Shown here: piece by piece, positions 1 through 11,887 of the stretch | How the letters are laid out: each line of letters begins with the position of its first letter | Position numbering within the stretch: the stretch's first letter is position 1 | Source: Dimorphilus gyrociliatus | Taxonomy: Eukaryota; Animalia; Annelida | NCBI GenBank assembly: GCA_904063045.1 | Contig: CAJFCJ010000001.1 | Span: 2,480,001 to 2,544,000 of the forward strand | DNA: 64,000 bases | Direction of reading: 5' to 3' | Position numbers and translations under genes: made by a program | Notes under the pieces: generated by a model | What the model saw: the letters and a program-made list of their open reading frames with translations, nothing else | The model's database searches: none | Told to the model about the DNA's origin: nothing

Positions 1-230
1 TGGACAAAGGTATATTGAAAAAAAAAATTAAGGATATCTAATACAAAAAGATAGGAAGGTTGTCTTAAAGCAGAACAAAACTCTTTAGAATTTGATGTAA
101 GTAGGGTTTTTTTCTGTAAAAATAAAAATATATAATTTTGTTTTTTTTAAAAAAAAAAGTAATTTTCCTTTCTTTCTTTCATTCTCTTCTTTTTAATTAG
201 GCTTTTCATTCTATTCTTCAATCTGGTTAA
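1..230 (+). CDS. Possible 3' end of an upstream gene (or spliced 5' leader of the CAP gene): exons <1-9, 55-96, 201-230 encoding WTK-EGCLKAEQNSLEFD-AFHSILQSG*
   Basis: GT-AG introns 10-54 and 97-200 with good sites (GAT|gtaagt, ttaattag|). All junctions are phase 0 and open up to TAA 228-230. Product not recognised. Confidence 0.35.
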
Positions 231-233
231 AAT

Positions 234-1240
234 ATGATCAAATTACAAATCTTCCTTATAATAGTAATATTAATGATATTCAATTGTGAATTTAAAGTAG
301 TGATTAGCAAAGAGTAAGTATATTATTATTATTATTATTATAATATATACAATAATTTTATTAATTAATTAGACTAGAATATTCATATGTTAAACCGGAA
401 GTGTTTATTGAATTTCACAACAGTATTAGAAGTAAAGTAAAAGCTTCGAATATGAACGAAATGGTATAATATAAACAATAATAATAGTGTATAATAAAAC
501 TGTATATATTATATAGTATTGGGATGAAGAATTAGCATTAAAATCGGGTCGTTTAGCCAGAGAATGTAAATATAACTATCCTCAAGTTGATGGATGTAAT
601 GGACTACTTATTGCTCACTCTCCAAGTTGTTAACATGTTAGAATTGTTGATTATTTTTTAATAGAATCTTATTTATTCAACAGTACTAGAAAATGATTTA
701 GTAAAATATATGAATAATATATGGTGCAATAAGGATAAATACTGTAATGGTAGTAATAAGTTATATAGGTCAATAGATGAAAAAGAAAGATTTCCGAATC
801 AAGATTGTAATCGATATTCTCGAATTATTTGGGCTGAAACAAATAAATTTGGTTGTAGTATGAACGTATGCGGAAGGATATATAATTCAACTGCCGACTG
901 TAGTGAAACTGGATGCATACTGTTACTCTGCCTCTATTCACCTTCGTAATTATTTGATTTATTATATATATACTATATATTTTCTTTCATTTATCGATTT
1001 TATATCTTTTCTTATTTGTTTAGTTTTAGGAGTAATCAACCTAATAAAGAGATTTACTCCAAAGGGGATTGGTGCACAAGTTGCCAAGATGGATTAACTT
1101 GCGATAAAGAAGAGACAAATGGTTTATGTAGAAATAACACTAAACTGCAATTGCAACAATTATATCTATATTCAAGCGTTCAATCTGTATACCAGTTAAA
1201 TATTTTTACGTTAATTATCTCCCTAGCTAACCTTCTATAA
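234..1240 (+). CDS. CAP/SCP-superfamily (GLIPR1/PI16-like) secreted or GPI-anchored protein; exons approx. 234-313, 373-~464, 517-~625, 684-945, 1030-1240
   Basis: Signal peptide MIKLQIFLIIVILMIFNC; CAP motifs EFHNSIRSKVKASNMNEM-YWDEELA, IIWAETNKFGCS and LLCLYSP; Cys-rich YSKGDWCTSC extension; hydrophobic C-terminus. Splice phases are consistent. Confidence 0.85.
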
Positions 1241-2174
1241 ATAAAAGTTTGTAGAAAGAGAAAGTTGAGAGAGAGAGAGAGAAGTGAATAGATAGATGTA
1301 AAAGCGGGAAAATACTATCAAATTTTCCTTCTATTAGTAACAGACCTTGCGAATAAATAGCGAAATAAAGAAATCTTTCAAGGTCATATCGGCTAAAAAA
1401 AACTGTACTTTAGGGGTTAATTAATTAGGTTAAAAGCTAATTTTAGTAGCATTTAACAAGTGAAATTTTTCTCTTATGCATATATAGGACAGAGTTAGAT
1501 GTTTGAAAGTATTTAACGAGGTCTTTTCAATAGGAAATACGATAAAAAGACACAATACTCTACGAGATAAGTTTGCCTCGTTGTTAACAATTTATGGGAA
1601 ATTTTTTTTTAAAAAAAAAAGAAATACATTATTAATATTAGAAAATTAATTTATACGAATTCATTTTCTTTTGCTATTAGACTTATAATTAGAGTGTAAT
1701 TTAAGGTTCATTTAGTTATCGGACCATGAATAAAGGATGTATGAGTAATCAAAATCTGTAGAATGTATCTTCAAGGGTATCTATTTGAAACATACGAGTT
1801 GATGGTATATAAAGAGTCTTGTAACATTTGCCTGTATATTTACTGGATAAACAATCGTCTTACAAATGGGCCATGATTTCGTAAAAGTGTTGAAAATAAT
1901 TAGGTTAAAGTTTTCAGGTATAGGACCATTAATAAGGATTCTTTGTACGTTTAAACCATTCCATTTCTCTTACTTTTTATCTCTTCTTCTTTCCCTCATA
2001 AACTTATAATTATTAATATAATCAATTATAAATTGTATTACATTTCTTTCAATTACAAATGATAATGACAAGAATCATTATATAAAGATCAAAAAAGTCA
2101 GAAAAATACGATTAAGCCTAAAAATTTGAGATGTATGAAAGAAAGGTAACTTCTGAAGAAGGAATAGTTTATGT

Positions 2175-3386
2175 CTAATATCCTCCAGAAAATCCGCTGG
2201 GTTGACCATCTTCGTCGACGCATTCGAAAGGTTCGCAAGAGCAACAATCGTCACAGCCGCAAGCTTCGCACATCGACTTGAAAGTAGAAATAAGTTTTAT
2301 TTATTTGTTTTATAATTTCATATAATTAATGTTTAAATATGTAAATTAAGTAATAATACTTACTGCAATAATTGAGGCTATAATTGCGTTAATACAAGCT
2401 TGAATACAGCCCAAGAGCATACCAATACAAACTCCAATACAAGTACCAACAACGCAATCCCAATTTTGAAAGAATCCTATACAACATATAATAGTACCAA
2501 GAACTATAACTATAAAGCCTATTACTCCAAAAACAATTCCAATAATAACTCCAACTGTCAGTTTACATTTTTCGTTACATTGGTCACATCTTGCTATCGA
2601 ACTGCAAAGGAGAGAACAAGAAATAGGAGATTAATCTCTCAATCAAGAAATAGACTTAATAACAAATATTTATCGTACTCTGTATATTTTAATCCAATTT
2701 CTAAAGCATCAAAGAATTTACCATCTCGAAGATCATTTCTCATAGCATCCCTAATTTTATTAGAGCATTTTTTATTTACCCTATCCCTAGCTTTAGCACC
2801 CATTTGCATGCTAAATTGTTTTGTTTGTCTTACTATAACTAGTAGAATAACGTTATCTGGAAATCGATCTCGGTTTCTACAGGTTACACTAGTATAAATG
2901 TTAAATTTTCTTAACAGTGCCCTTGAAAAATTGTCGATACTTCCATTATATGTTATATTTTCAGCTAAGGCGACCATTGGTAAATATCTATTTAGTTTTC
3001 TGTTGCAATTAAAACTGGTCCGTCTTTGACATCCACAAGATGATTTACTTAACGTTGATTCTATTTGTCCTTGTAATATCCTCACTATTTAAAAAACATT
3101 GCCAAGTGTTGAACTATTGAAATGAACTTATTAAGTTATACTTACGCTGTCCGGGACTGACTAAAGAGTCTGGATCGCATAGGAAACGTTCTCCCGGTGT
3201 AGTCAATTGACAGTCACTAGTTCCAATGACCGGATAATTAGATCCATCATCGTTCCAGTCAGCTTTGGCATGAATCTGCTCTCGAATCCTATCTATCAGA
3301 ATACTATTGGTTCCTCTTTCTAAATGACATTGGTTCAATAAAGAGAGGAAAGAGATCGTAAAAACAAGTTGATATAGTACAGTCAT
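2175..3386 (-). CDS. TPM-domain membrane protein (MOLO-1-like); 4 exons
   Basis: Signal peptide MTVLYQLVFTISFLSLL; FLCDPDSLVS and NVILLVIVRQTKQFSMQMG...MRNDLRDGKFFDALEIGL typical of TPM domains. Spliced downstream exons give TM LTVGVIIGIVFGVIGLIVIVLGTIICC, a second hydrophobic stretch and tail SMCEACGCDDCCSC...GFSGGY* (stop 2175-2177). Confidence 0.75.
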
Positions 3387-3781
3387 GGCTTTTAATTTAT
3401 TTGCGATCAATTCTATCTGATATATTCCTTATCTAATATCAAGAGTGAGTAATGAAATATTTAATTATAAGTTTTTTATGTCTGCTATTATCAAGAATGA
3501 AGAACAATTGCTTTGAAATTATAGCAATATTAGCATTTATCAAAAACTATCTTAATATAATATATATATAACATTGTAACACTTATTTTATTTGTTAAAT
3601 ATAATACTCTATAAATAGGGAATAACATGCTTTAATAAATAACCAATGAATCAAATTATTAAATACATACTTATATATAATAATAAAATATAGGCTTATT
3701 CAAAGCTTTTATGGGAAAAGAAAGACAAAGAAACGCCCTTTGATTCTATATTGGTTCTATATAATATTTGTTATGATAGCC

Positions 3782-4096
3782 TTATAAGAATTTAAGGGAA
3801 TAAAATGGAGGAAATTCTTGCAAGGTGAAACAATAAACAATACTGTATAGGACAAATATTTTATTGTAGTTAGAGTTAAGAATAAGACAAAATTGTATAC
3901 ATTTTCAACAGTAATAAAGTATCTCTAATCTCGGATGCTGTTGCACGTGAACACTGTCTCGTCACGAAACATTCTTCTGAAGTTAGTCAAACCATAAAAT
4001 AGAATTTCTATTAACTACTTTTTATCTCACCTTCAATGAGTGTTCTAAACAATCTATTCTGATCTCCTATTATCAAGATACAACGTCTTCTTCTCT
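3782..4096 (-). CDS. Putative last three exons of an unidentified gene (4096-4031, 3976-3901, 3842-3782)
   Basis: 54- and 58-nt GT-AG introns (GAAG|gtgaga, cttcag|, tatacag|) give a phase-consistent open frame RRRRCILIIGDQNRLFRTLIEEECFVTRQCSRATASEIRDTLLLLKIIVYCFTLQEFPPFYSLKFL*. No homology recognised and upstream exons not resolved. Confidence 0.3.
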
Positions 4097-7000
4097 CTGA
4101 ATAATATTAAATGAATATTAATCTCCTTATCTGAAAATTTAATAGTAAATAGTGAAATAGTTAAAATTTCATGCTGCTCTCGCACTCACTCTCTCTCTGT
4201 TTCTTTTTTGGCTTCCATTATCGTTGACTAAGCATATTTTGATACAGAGTTGATAAGAGAGTAAGAATATTATTTTTTGTAACCATATGCAATATTAGCA
4301 TGTATAATATTTATTGAAAGAATTCAAGAACCTATGAGAATAGAGTTTTCACGTTTATGTTCTAAATTATGGACAAGTTTTCAATAGTTACATTGTTCAT
4401 AAACTATAATTTCAACAAAAAATCGCATTTTATTTATGAATGTTACACTGCTCCAGGTCTTATAAGACTTTCGAGAGAGTATAAGGAAGTAAGGAATTAG
4501 TGAAAAGAGAAAATCCTTAAGCTAATTTGATACGTTAAAGGAAATGTAGAATAGAAAATTGCAATCTGTAAAATTAGCTAGTTATAACCTTATCTTAACA
4601 TATCTTAGTTCTAATTATTCGCCAACAGATGGAACCTCTTTTATTAAAATAAGAGAAATTCAATAAATCGTTTATAGATAGAATAGAATTGATTAATAGC
4701 ATAAAATTAGGAAAGAAACAATGAAGATATTAAGACTTTGAAAGTAAATTATTGACAATACATATACAGTATATAAATATACTCTCTTCTTAAGAAAGCT
4801 TTTTTGACTTTCTCTCTCTCTCTCTCTTTATCCCTGCTTTGCATATATATTGTATATATTATTCATGTTTTTTTACTTTATAACTCAATTTACTTGTGTA
4901 GTTTTTCGCCTATTATATTTATATAAAAAATTTAATACATCATATTAATGTATTTGTTGTAGTACTAGAACTATTTACTGAAACTAATCAAAAAAACATC
5001 CGTATTATAGTAAACTAATGACTCGCTATAGTTACTTTATCATAAATGCTAATTTTATAAAAGAAGAGTTTAAAACTTCTCTGGTTAGACAGATAATAGA
5101 ACTACAGCGTACGATGCAGTTTTACAAAAGGCTTTAGTCTCTCTCTCTCTCTCTCTTCCTCAGTTTTTCTCTATTGTATATATAAACAATTATATCAATT
5201 AAGAGAAAAATTGTCTTGCGTTTTTTTTCATTAATAATACTATTAGTTGATTTAATAGTTTAATACTAATATATATCTAACGTATTATTTTATGATAATA
5301 CTCATAATCTAAGATATCCTCTTATTTAAGAAAAGGGAATAGGCATATTAGTACTTTTAATAGCAGAAGGGAAAGAGAGGTCGTTGGGGGGAGGTGGCAA
5401 GGGAAAGAAAAGAAATCTTTAAAAATTTAAGCTAGTTGATTGGTTCTATTTTCCTCCTTTCTTCTTCCTGTAAAAGAATAATAAACATAAACGTACTTTC
5501 TTTATAAAAGAAATCTAAAGGAGTTACTGTATATAGTTTACAATCTAACATGCTTTTTTTATATTCACAACGTCAGGAATGCTTTTAGCAAGAATCCGTT
5601 TTTCTCTTTCTCTTCTGTTGACTTTAAATGTAATCGATGGCCAAGCCAATTTATGTTTCTTTTTTCTTAAACTCGAAGTAGATTAGAGCTATTCTTTAAA
5701 AAATATCATTAAATCTATAAGAAATAATACCAGTTTATATTAAATATGAAGGGGAAAGTTGGAATTGGACTTATAAAGTGCTGTATATGTGTACTAACCT
5801 AGAAAAAAATAGAGTATACTATATTTAAGATAAATTTCCATACGACTATTTACGTTTGTTAATTTTATTTGATATTGATATATAACGTTCCTCTCTAAAT
5901 TTAATGGCAAAGGAGGTCTTCCCATTAAGATTATCAAGGATTTTATACGGTTCGATATGTCTGTCATTAATTTCAAATAACTACCATTAACAATAAGATA
6001 AATAAATGATTATTTTAATAGATGTAAACTACTTTACTTGAATTTTTATTTTCAAATATCAATATTATGATTTCCCAAATGGGTTATTAATGTATTTATT
6101 CAACGGTCACGTGATAAAAGTATACTATTTTTTATAGGTGAAATATTTTACACGATAACAGATAGATTTCTACTATAAAATTCATTGATGTTATTAGTTT
6201 GCTACTATTAGCGAGTGTCAGAAACATTTATCTAGGTTGTTAGTTTGTCTAATGAACATGAATATAATGAAAATAAAAAGTGACTGAAATGTCTAATTAT
6301 TATTGTTCTATATAAGAAATTTAAAGCTGAGAAAATGACAAGATTGTATGATGTTTTTGTTTTTGTTTTTCCTATATTATTAATGGAGAAAAGTATCTGA
6401 AAGACGAAAATTGGGGTCATCATTAAACACATGTCTATATTTATACATTATCTATATGTATATAACATTTTAACATTTATATCTATGTAATGATACTCTA
6501 ATTAAAATTTAAATTCAGGTAATTCCTTATTAAATATCAATATTTCTAAAAGTTTCTTTTTTATTTATAACATTTAAACGGAATTTGAGATTCTCTCTTT
6601 AAAAATTACCTAAAAGTCTTCGTAACGAGATCCATTGTATAGACAATAATATCTATAAAAAAATGACTCTATAAACAGCAAATTGATGTCAAAATGTTAT
6701 GACCGAATTTTAGGACATAACTATTAAGCCTAGAAATGATATAGGTCGTCTTCATCTAGTTTTTCTTTTGAAAACATAATCTAAAAGAAAGACGAAAAAA
6801 AATGTTGTCTAGACTGGTTTTCTTTCTTGGTCAATGTTGAAGTGGTGGTGACTTAGCTATTACTTTTACTACTCTTAACGGATATAATTCAAATTTTGAC
6901 ATATAGTATAACAAATATGACATAAACGAAATGTTTAACTTGTATTAGAGATGGCTTTCCAATATGAGCTTTTAGGCTAAATTAATCTTTCAACTAAATT

Positions 7001-9070
7001 AAAGTATTTCACCTTTTACCTGCAGTTAGAAAACGTTACTGGATACACTAAATTATTAGTCTTTCAATCTATTCTAGATGTAGATAGCAATAAACGAGTA
7101 TTATAGATTCAATTATTTGAAGTCAAGTCAACTTCCGGTTATTGACGAACGACCGAGTTCGAAATTGGAATCATTTTTTTTTCCAAATAGAAAAACAGGG
7201 TGAAAGGTCATAATTCTTAGAATAAAGTCCGAATTTTATTTTGGTAATAATCTTATCGAAATAAGCTTTAAAATATTTCGTCGATAAAACGTTAGTATCA
7301 TTTAATAAATAACGCCGACTGTAAATCTCACCCATTATCGATCAATATTCAAAGTTTAAATAACTTTAAGGCATCTTTAGAAATGAGAAAGCTCCGAGTT
7401 ACTGATTTAAATAACTGATATATATCATTATAATAGAGACATATACATATATATATATAAACGTCCATGTATACATATATATATATATATTATAAATGTT
7501 AACTTCATCACGCTTCCAATACATTGTTAAACTTTACATTATCTCCATTTACGTCATTTGGGAATACCTAGCGCATTAAATTGTTGCCTAATACCCCTCT
7601 ACAATAAAGAAGGTTCTTTTTAATAACAATTGCAAATATAGAATTATATACTATATCTTATTACGTCATTAATAAAAATTATACCAGAAGAAATAAGAAA
7701 CGTTGGCATTAATAAAACTCTCTACCTATTACATATTATCAAAAAATATGATAGTTGGAATAATTAGAGGAAATATCTTTATGGCATAAATAATTAATGC
7801 TTAAAAATAATAGTATAAAAGAAAGAATGGCCGCCATTTTTGTTTATGTAATAGCACCCGTGAACTAGTCATCTATTACATTGTCAAGTTATATTCTTGA
7901 TGATTATTTCTTTTATTTTTAATTCAAATTTTAATAATCTATTTATAAATATATATTTCAAATATCGAACAGTCAAAATTCCATCTTCAACAACAACAAA
8001 CGGTATCAATTTGAAAAGGAATAGACTAAAGTGTGAATGGTTTAATCTAAGGAGCCATCTAATACCAAACGTCTTAAATAGTTTTAAGCTGACTTAATGA
8101 ACGGTACTTGGAGTTTGTAATTTCGCGGGAAATTAACCAGAAACAACGTCATTAGGAGGGAAAATTATTTTTTTAAAGCTGCACTTGTATTTGTTCGCCA
8201 ACTAATTAGCGTTGCAAAACCCTTTGCTAATTGCAAATTTTCTATCTAAGCTTGACTTTTTATCGAATGGTAAAAATTTTTCTACTGTCTTGTAGGATTA
8301 AAAGGAAAAAAACCATCTTATTTTCCATTAACAATAGACTTATTATTTATTTAATTGATAAATCCTTCTTATTTCTTTTCCTCTATAAAAAATTAATATT
8401 TTATTCATATAAATAGTCAACCTACCTAACTATCTTTGTATCTATTACTCTATCTCACTCTTCTATCTGTCTCTCTTCCAGCTGTCCCCTACTTCAATCA
8501 CTGTCTCCCTCCCCTTCCTTCCCTCCCGCCTCTCCTATAAGGCTTCTTTTGTAATAATAATAGAAAGAAAAAGAAGATATTAAAGAGCAAAGGAAATTAT
8601 AACCTCAAGAGAATTTAGATGAATTCACTAAAGAAATTGACTTTTAAAGATAGCTTCCCAAAAAGAGAAAGATGATACTTTTCGTTGAACTTTGAATAAG
8701 AAATAAAAAAGTTGATTCTTGCTATTTCTTTTGGAAAAAAGAAAAAAGTTTATCATTTTTCTTTATTGTGACGCCCACTCTGTCTATTAGGCTCTTATTT
8801 TGTATATTTAGTAAAACAAGATGGGCATAATCCCTTGCAGCGTTTCTCTTTACTTGGACAATTGCCAAGTTTTTTTCAACAACTCCATCAGATCTAAATG
8901 TTGTTATCTATGCAAATTTTACTCTTTTTATGTTGTATTTGTCCCGAATAGATCTCATCACTAGTTAATATTTTTTTTATTCCCATTAGGACTATAAACG
9001 CGTCATTTATCTAGGATCTTATATCTTTACGTACAGTGTCTAAAGTCCCCGATTTAGCATTGTTGTTTTT

Positions 9071-9106
9071 GTTATTATTATTATTGTTATTATTATTATT
9101 ATTATT
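9071..9106. repeat. (TTA)n microsatellite
   Basis: Read directly, with one interruption. Confidence 0.85.
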
Positions 9107-9436
9107 ACTATTTTAACGGTCATAAAAGAGTTTCAATAAGCGTAACTTGTATAATTTAAAAGGTTGATTAAAAGCTTTATAAAATGCTATACAACTAACC
9201 GACTAGCCAACTCTTCAATTTTAGTATTATTTTTATTTTCTCGGGTCTCCTATCTGATTCTGTTTGTTTCGTTTCGTTTTTTACCATAATTCGAGAAAAA
9301 CAATCTAACTAGATACGTATAGTAGATGTTACATATACTTTATATATGTATAATAATTTATTGTTCATTATATGATGATAATATAACAATAAGTATACAG
9401 TATATTTCAAGTAGGTGTCCTTTAGAATGGTAAGTT

Positions 9437-11887
9437 TTATGGAAGTCTGAGCATCTCCTCGAGGTATATATAAAAGTCTTCGTTATAGAGAAGATCGTTA
9501 TGGCCAATACCTTTAAATTTTTTCAATTCAAAGTTGTATTTTGGATGATTATCCCACATTTCACAAACTTTCATAGACCTTGTAGTTACTGTTTTATCGC
9601 CGTCTTCGTGTAAGACGGATGGCTGTTCATCGGGAAAGTGGGCTCGCCTGTAGTCGAGTGTAGAGCCAGTGGGTAAGCCGTGAGCGTATATGCAGACAAT
9701 GTCAACTCCTGGATGGATACGTTCTTCAGTGGTATTGACCCTTGCCCTTTGCCAAAGTTTTACGCCATCCTTATGATTAATATCGAGAAAGAATTGTTCA
9801 TAATCTTTTATCGTATATTTTTTGTCTTTAGTTATTATTACAACATCGTTTTCATTCCAAGCCAGATCATTTGGCATCATAAAGGCAGGTGATTCGTAAG
9901 TTCTTTCTTCATCTCTTACCTTTTTTGCACTTATAAAATTTATACCCCAATTATAACCGGAAGCGTAAAGCCATAAAAGAGCGGTTGCACCTCCATAAGG
10001 TACGTTCAAACTCAACATATACCTAACGTACTTGTTCTTCCAAGCTTCTGTTTGTTGCCTAAGGAAATATGTTGTGTATGTTCCTCCCATGCTGTGAGCC
10101 GCTAACACAACCTTTCTTTGTCCATTCTTTTCATAAGTGTCCTCTATCAACTCCTTAAATCGTCGAAAGTAATCGGAATGAGAAACAGGTGCTAATCTCC
10201 AATCATACGGAGCTGCTCTTACACTTTTTCCTCTTTCATAGCCAATATTCAAAAGTTCTGTTAAAATACATGATTAATAACATACTTTGTTGACTCGATT
10301 TTCGACCTTCGTAGAGGGCGCTACACACCAACGAAGTCTATTTATCAGGAGCAATTGAAAAGTACAAGGGAAGCCTTGTAGGGGAAAATGTGTTATTAGG
10401 TCAATCAGAAGTTATTGTCTTGATAACATCGAAAATAGGGAAAGGTTACGATTAAAAGTAATTTAAGAAGAGTAGAGTTTTATAGGGCATATGGATATTA
10501 CATCATTTACAGTAAATAATACACTATGTTGATATGTCTTGGAAAGCTTGCTTGAAAACGACAATACCTAATCTACTACCCTATTCTAGGCATAAGCTAG
10601 CTTCATTAAGACGCAAAAATGAACAGAAAATAGACGCCTCTCTCAGCCGGAAGCACCAAATTGTGGGAAATTTTCAATCCCAAGGCCGCTGTATATTAGA
10701 TCCAGACAAGCGGCAAGCCTTGGGTATTAATTCTGCTGACTTTGCGTCATTTTGTCACCCAGATGAGTCTTTAGTTTGCTAGTAAAGGTCATTAAGGGAA
10801 AGTTTACTCTGATTTGATAAGGGAAAAAAAGAGACCGTCTTATTTCTCTACTGTAACAATCAGTCAATACGCCTTAACTATTTCTTAACATAGAAATAAA
10901 TAAAAAAAATATTTAAGATTAAGTAGGGAAAAAAAAAAGATTAAATAGTTCATCACGTGATAAACATCTGTTACTGACCGAATAACTTTTTTTGTATCCT
11001 TTTTTAGACGAATGAACTGATTCTTTAAAAATATTTGTACTTGTCTGTTTTAGTGCAATAAATTATTTAAATAGTTTTTTTTCCTTTGTTTATCAATGAA
11101 AAGAAGAGGAAAGAGTGGCGGGAAAAATAGAGGCGGAGAGAGAGAGGAAGAGAGAGAGAGAGAGAGTAAATCGATATGGTGTTGTTGTTTTGTACTTTTT
11201 TTATATACATTAAAATGTTATTGTTATTTTCCTTAATCAGAAGAGCTATACTACTTAAATAGTCTTTTACAATAAAGCCTACTTGTCCTAATTACTCTTT
11301 CATATCCGAAATGGGAAAAAGAAAGTCTTAGTATAACATTAAGAAGAATACGATTCTCTTTAATACTTACTTCTAACAAATGTACTGAAATAGGCTCCGG
11401 TATTACCAGCTAAGAATGTTAGCCAAGATGGATCTACATATTCAACTGTTTCTGTTGTACCCCAACCAGGTATTCGTGTATAAACTCCTGGATATGAGTG
11501 ACTTTCTCCCGTCGTTCTATTAAACTGCAATCTAATATAGTCTTCCCAACAACCATACGTGTCTAAAAAAAAATATTCAAAAAAGATGTTATCTAATAGG
11601 AAGTGACCATTTTCATGTAAATAAACGCACTAACATTCCCCAGCAAAAAGGTCGATGTTCTCAATATTTGCCCAAATCAAGTACCAATCCTTTGAGACCC
11701 GACACTTCGGTGTTGGAACTTTAGGGTTCACGGTTTTCGCTTCAATACGACAGCCTCCATTACCCGGTATAATAATAACTGGTGAATAATTAAATTCTTT
11801 TTTCTTCCAGAATAGTGAATTGGCAGTAGATAAGAAAGAAGCAAAAATAGTGAGAATCAGGAGAGATTTAATCGCGTGATGTTGCAT
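9437..11887 (-). CDS. PLA2G15: Lysosomal phospholipase A2 / LCAT-family acyltransferase; exons 11887-11635, 11562-11371, 10257-9437
   Basis: Signal peptide; PVIIIPGNGGCRIEAK, CWEDYIRL, PGVYTRIPGWG, VRAAPYDWR; nucleophile motif AHSMGG, catalytic Asp in DGDKTV and His in GIGHNDLL. Exon phases are consistent. Confidence 0.88.

Noticed and set aside
3804-3991. Plus-strand reading MEEILA|SNKVSLISDAVAREHCLVTKHSSE with plausible splice sites
   Set aside because: It is the antisense of the minus-strand three-exon chain, which has stronger sites and reaches a stop. I could not extend the plus model; the strand remains uncertain.
10534-10830. RNase P/MRP or telomerase RNA in the PLA2G15 intron
   Set aside because: No GAAAGUCC/P4 pairing, CR-V or CUAACCCU template found; kept only as an unspecified structured segment.
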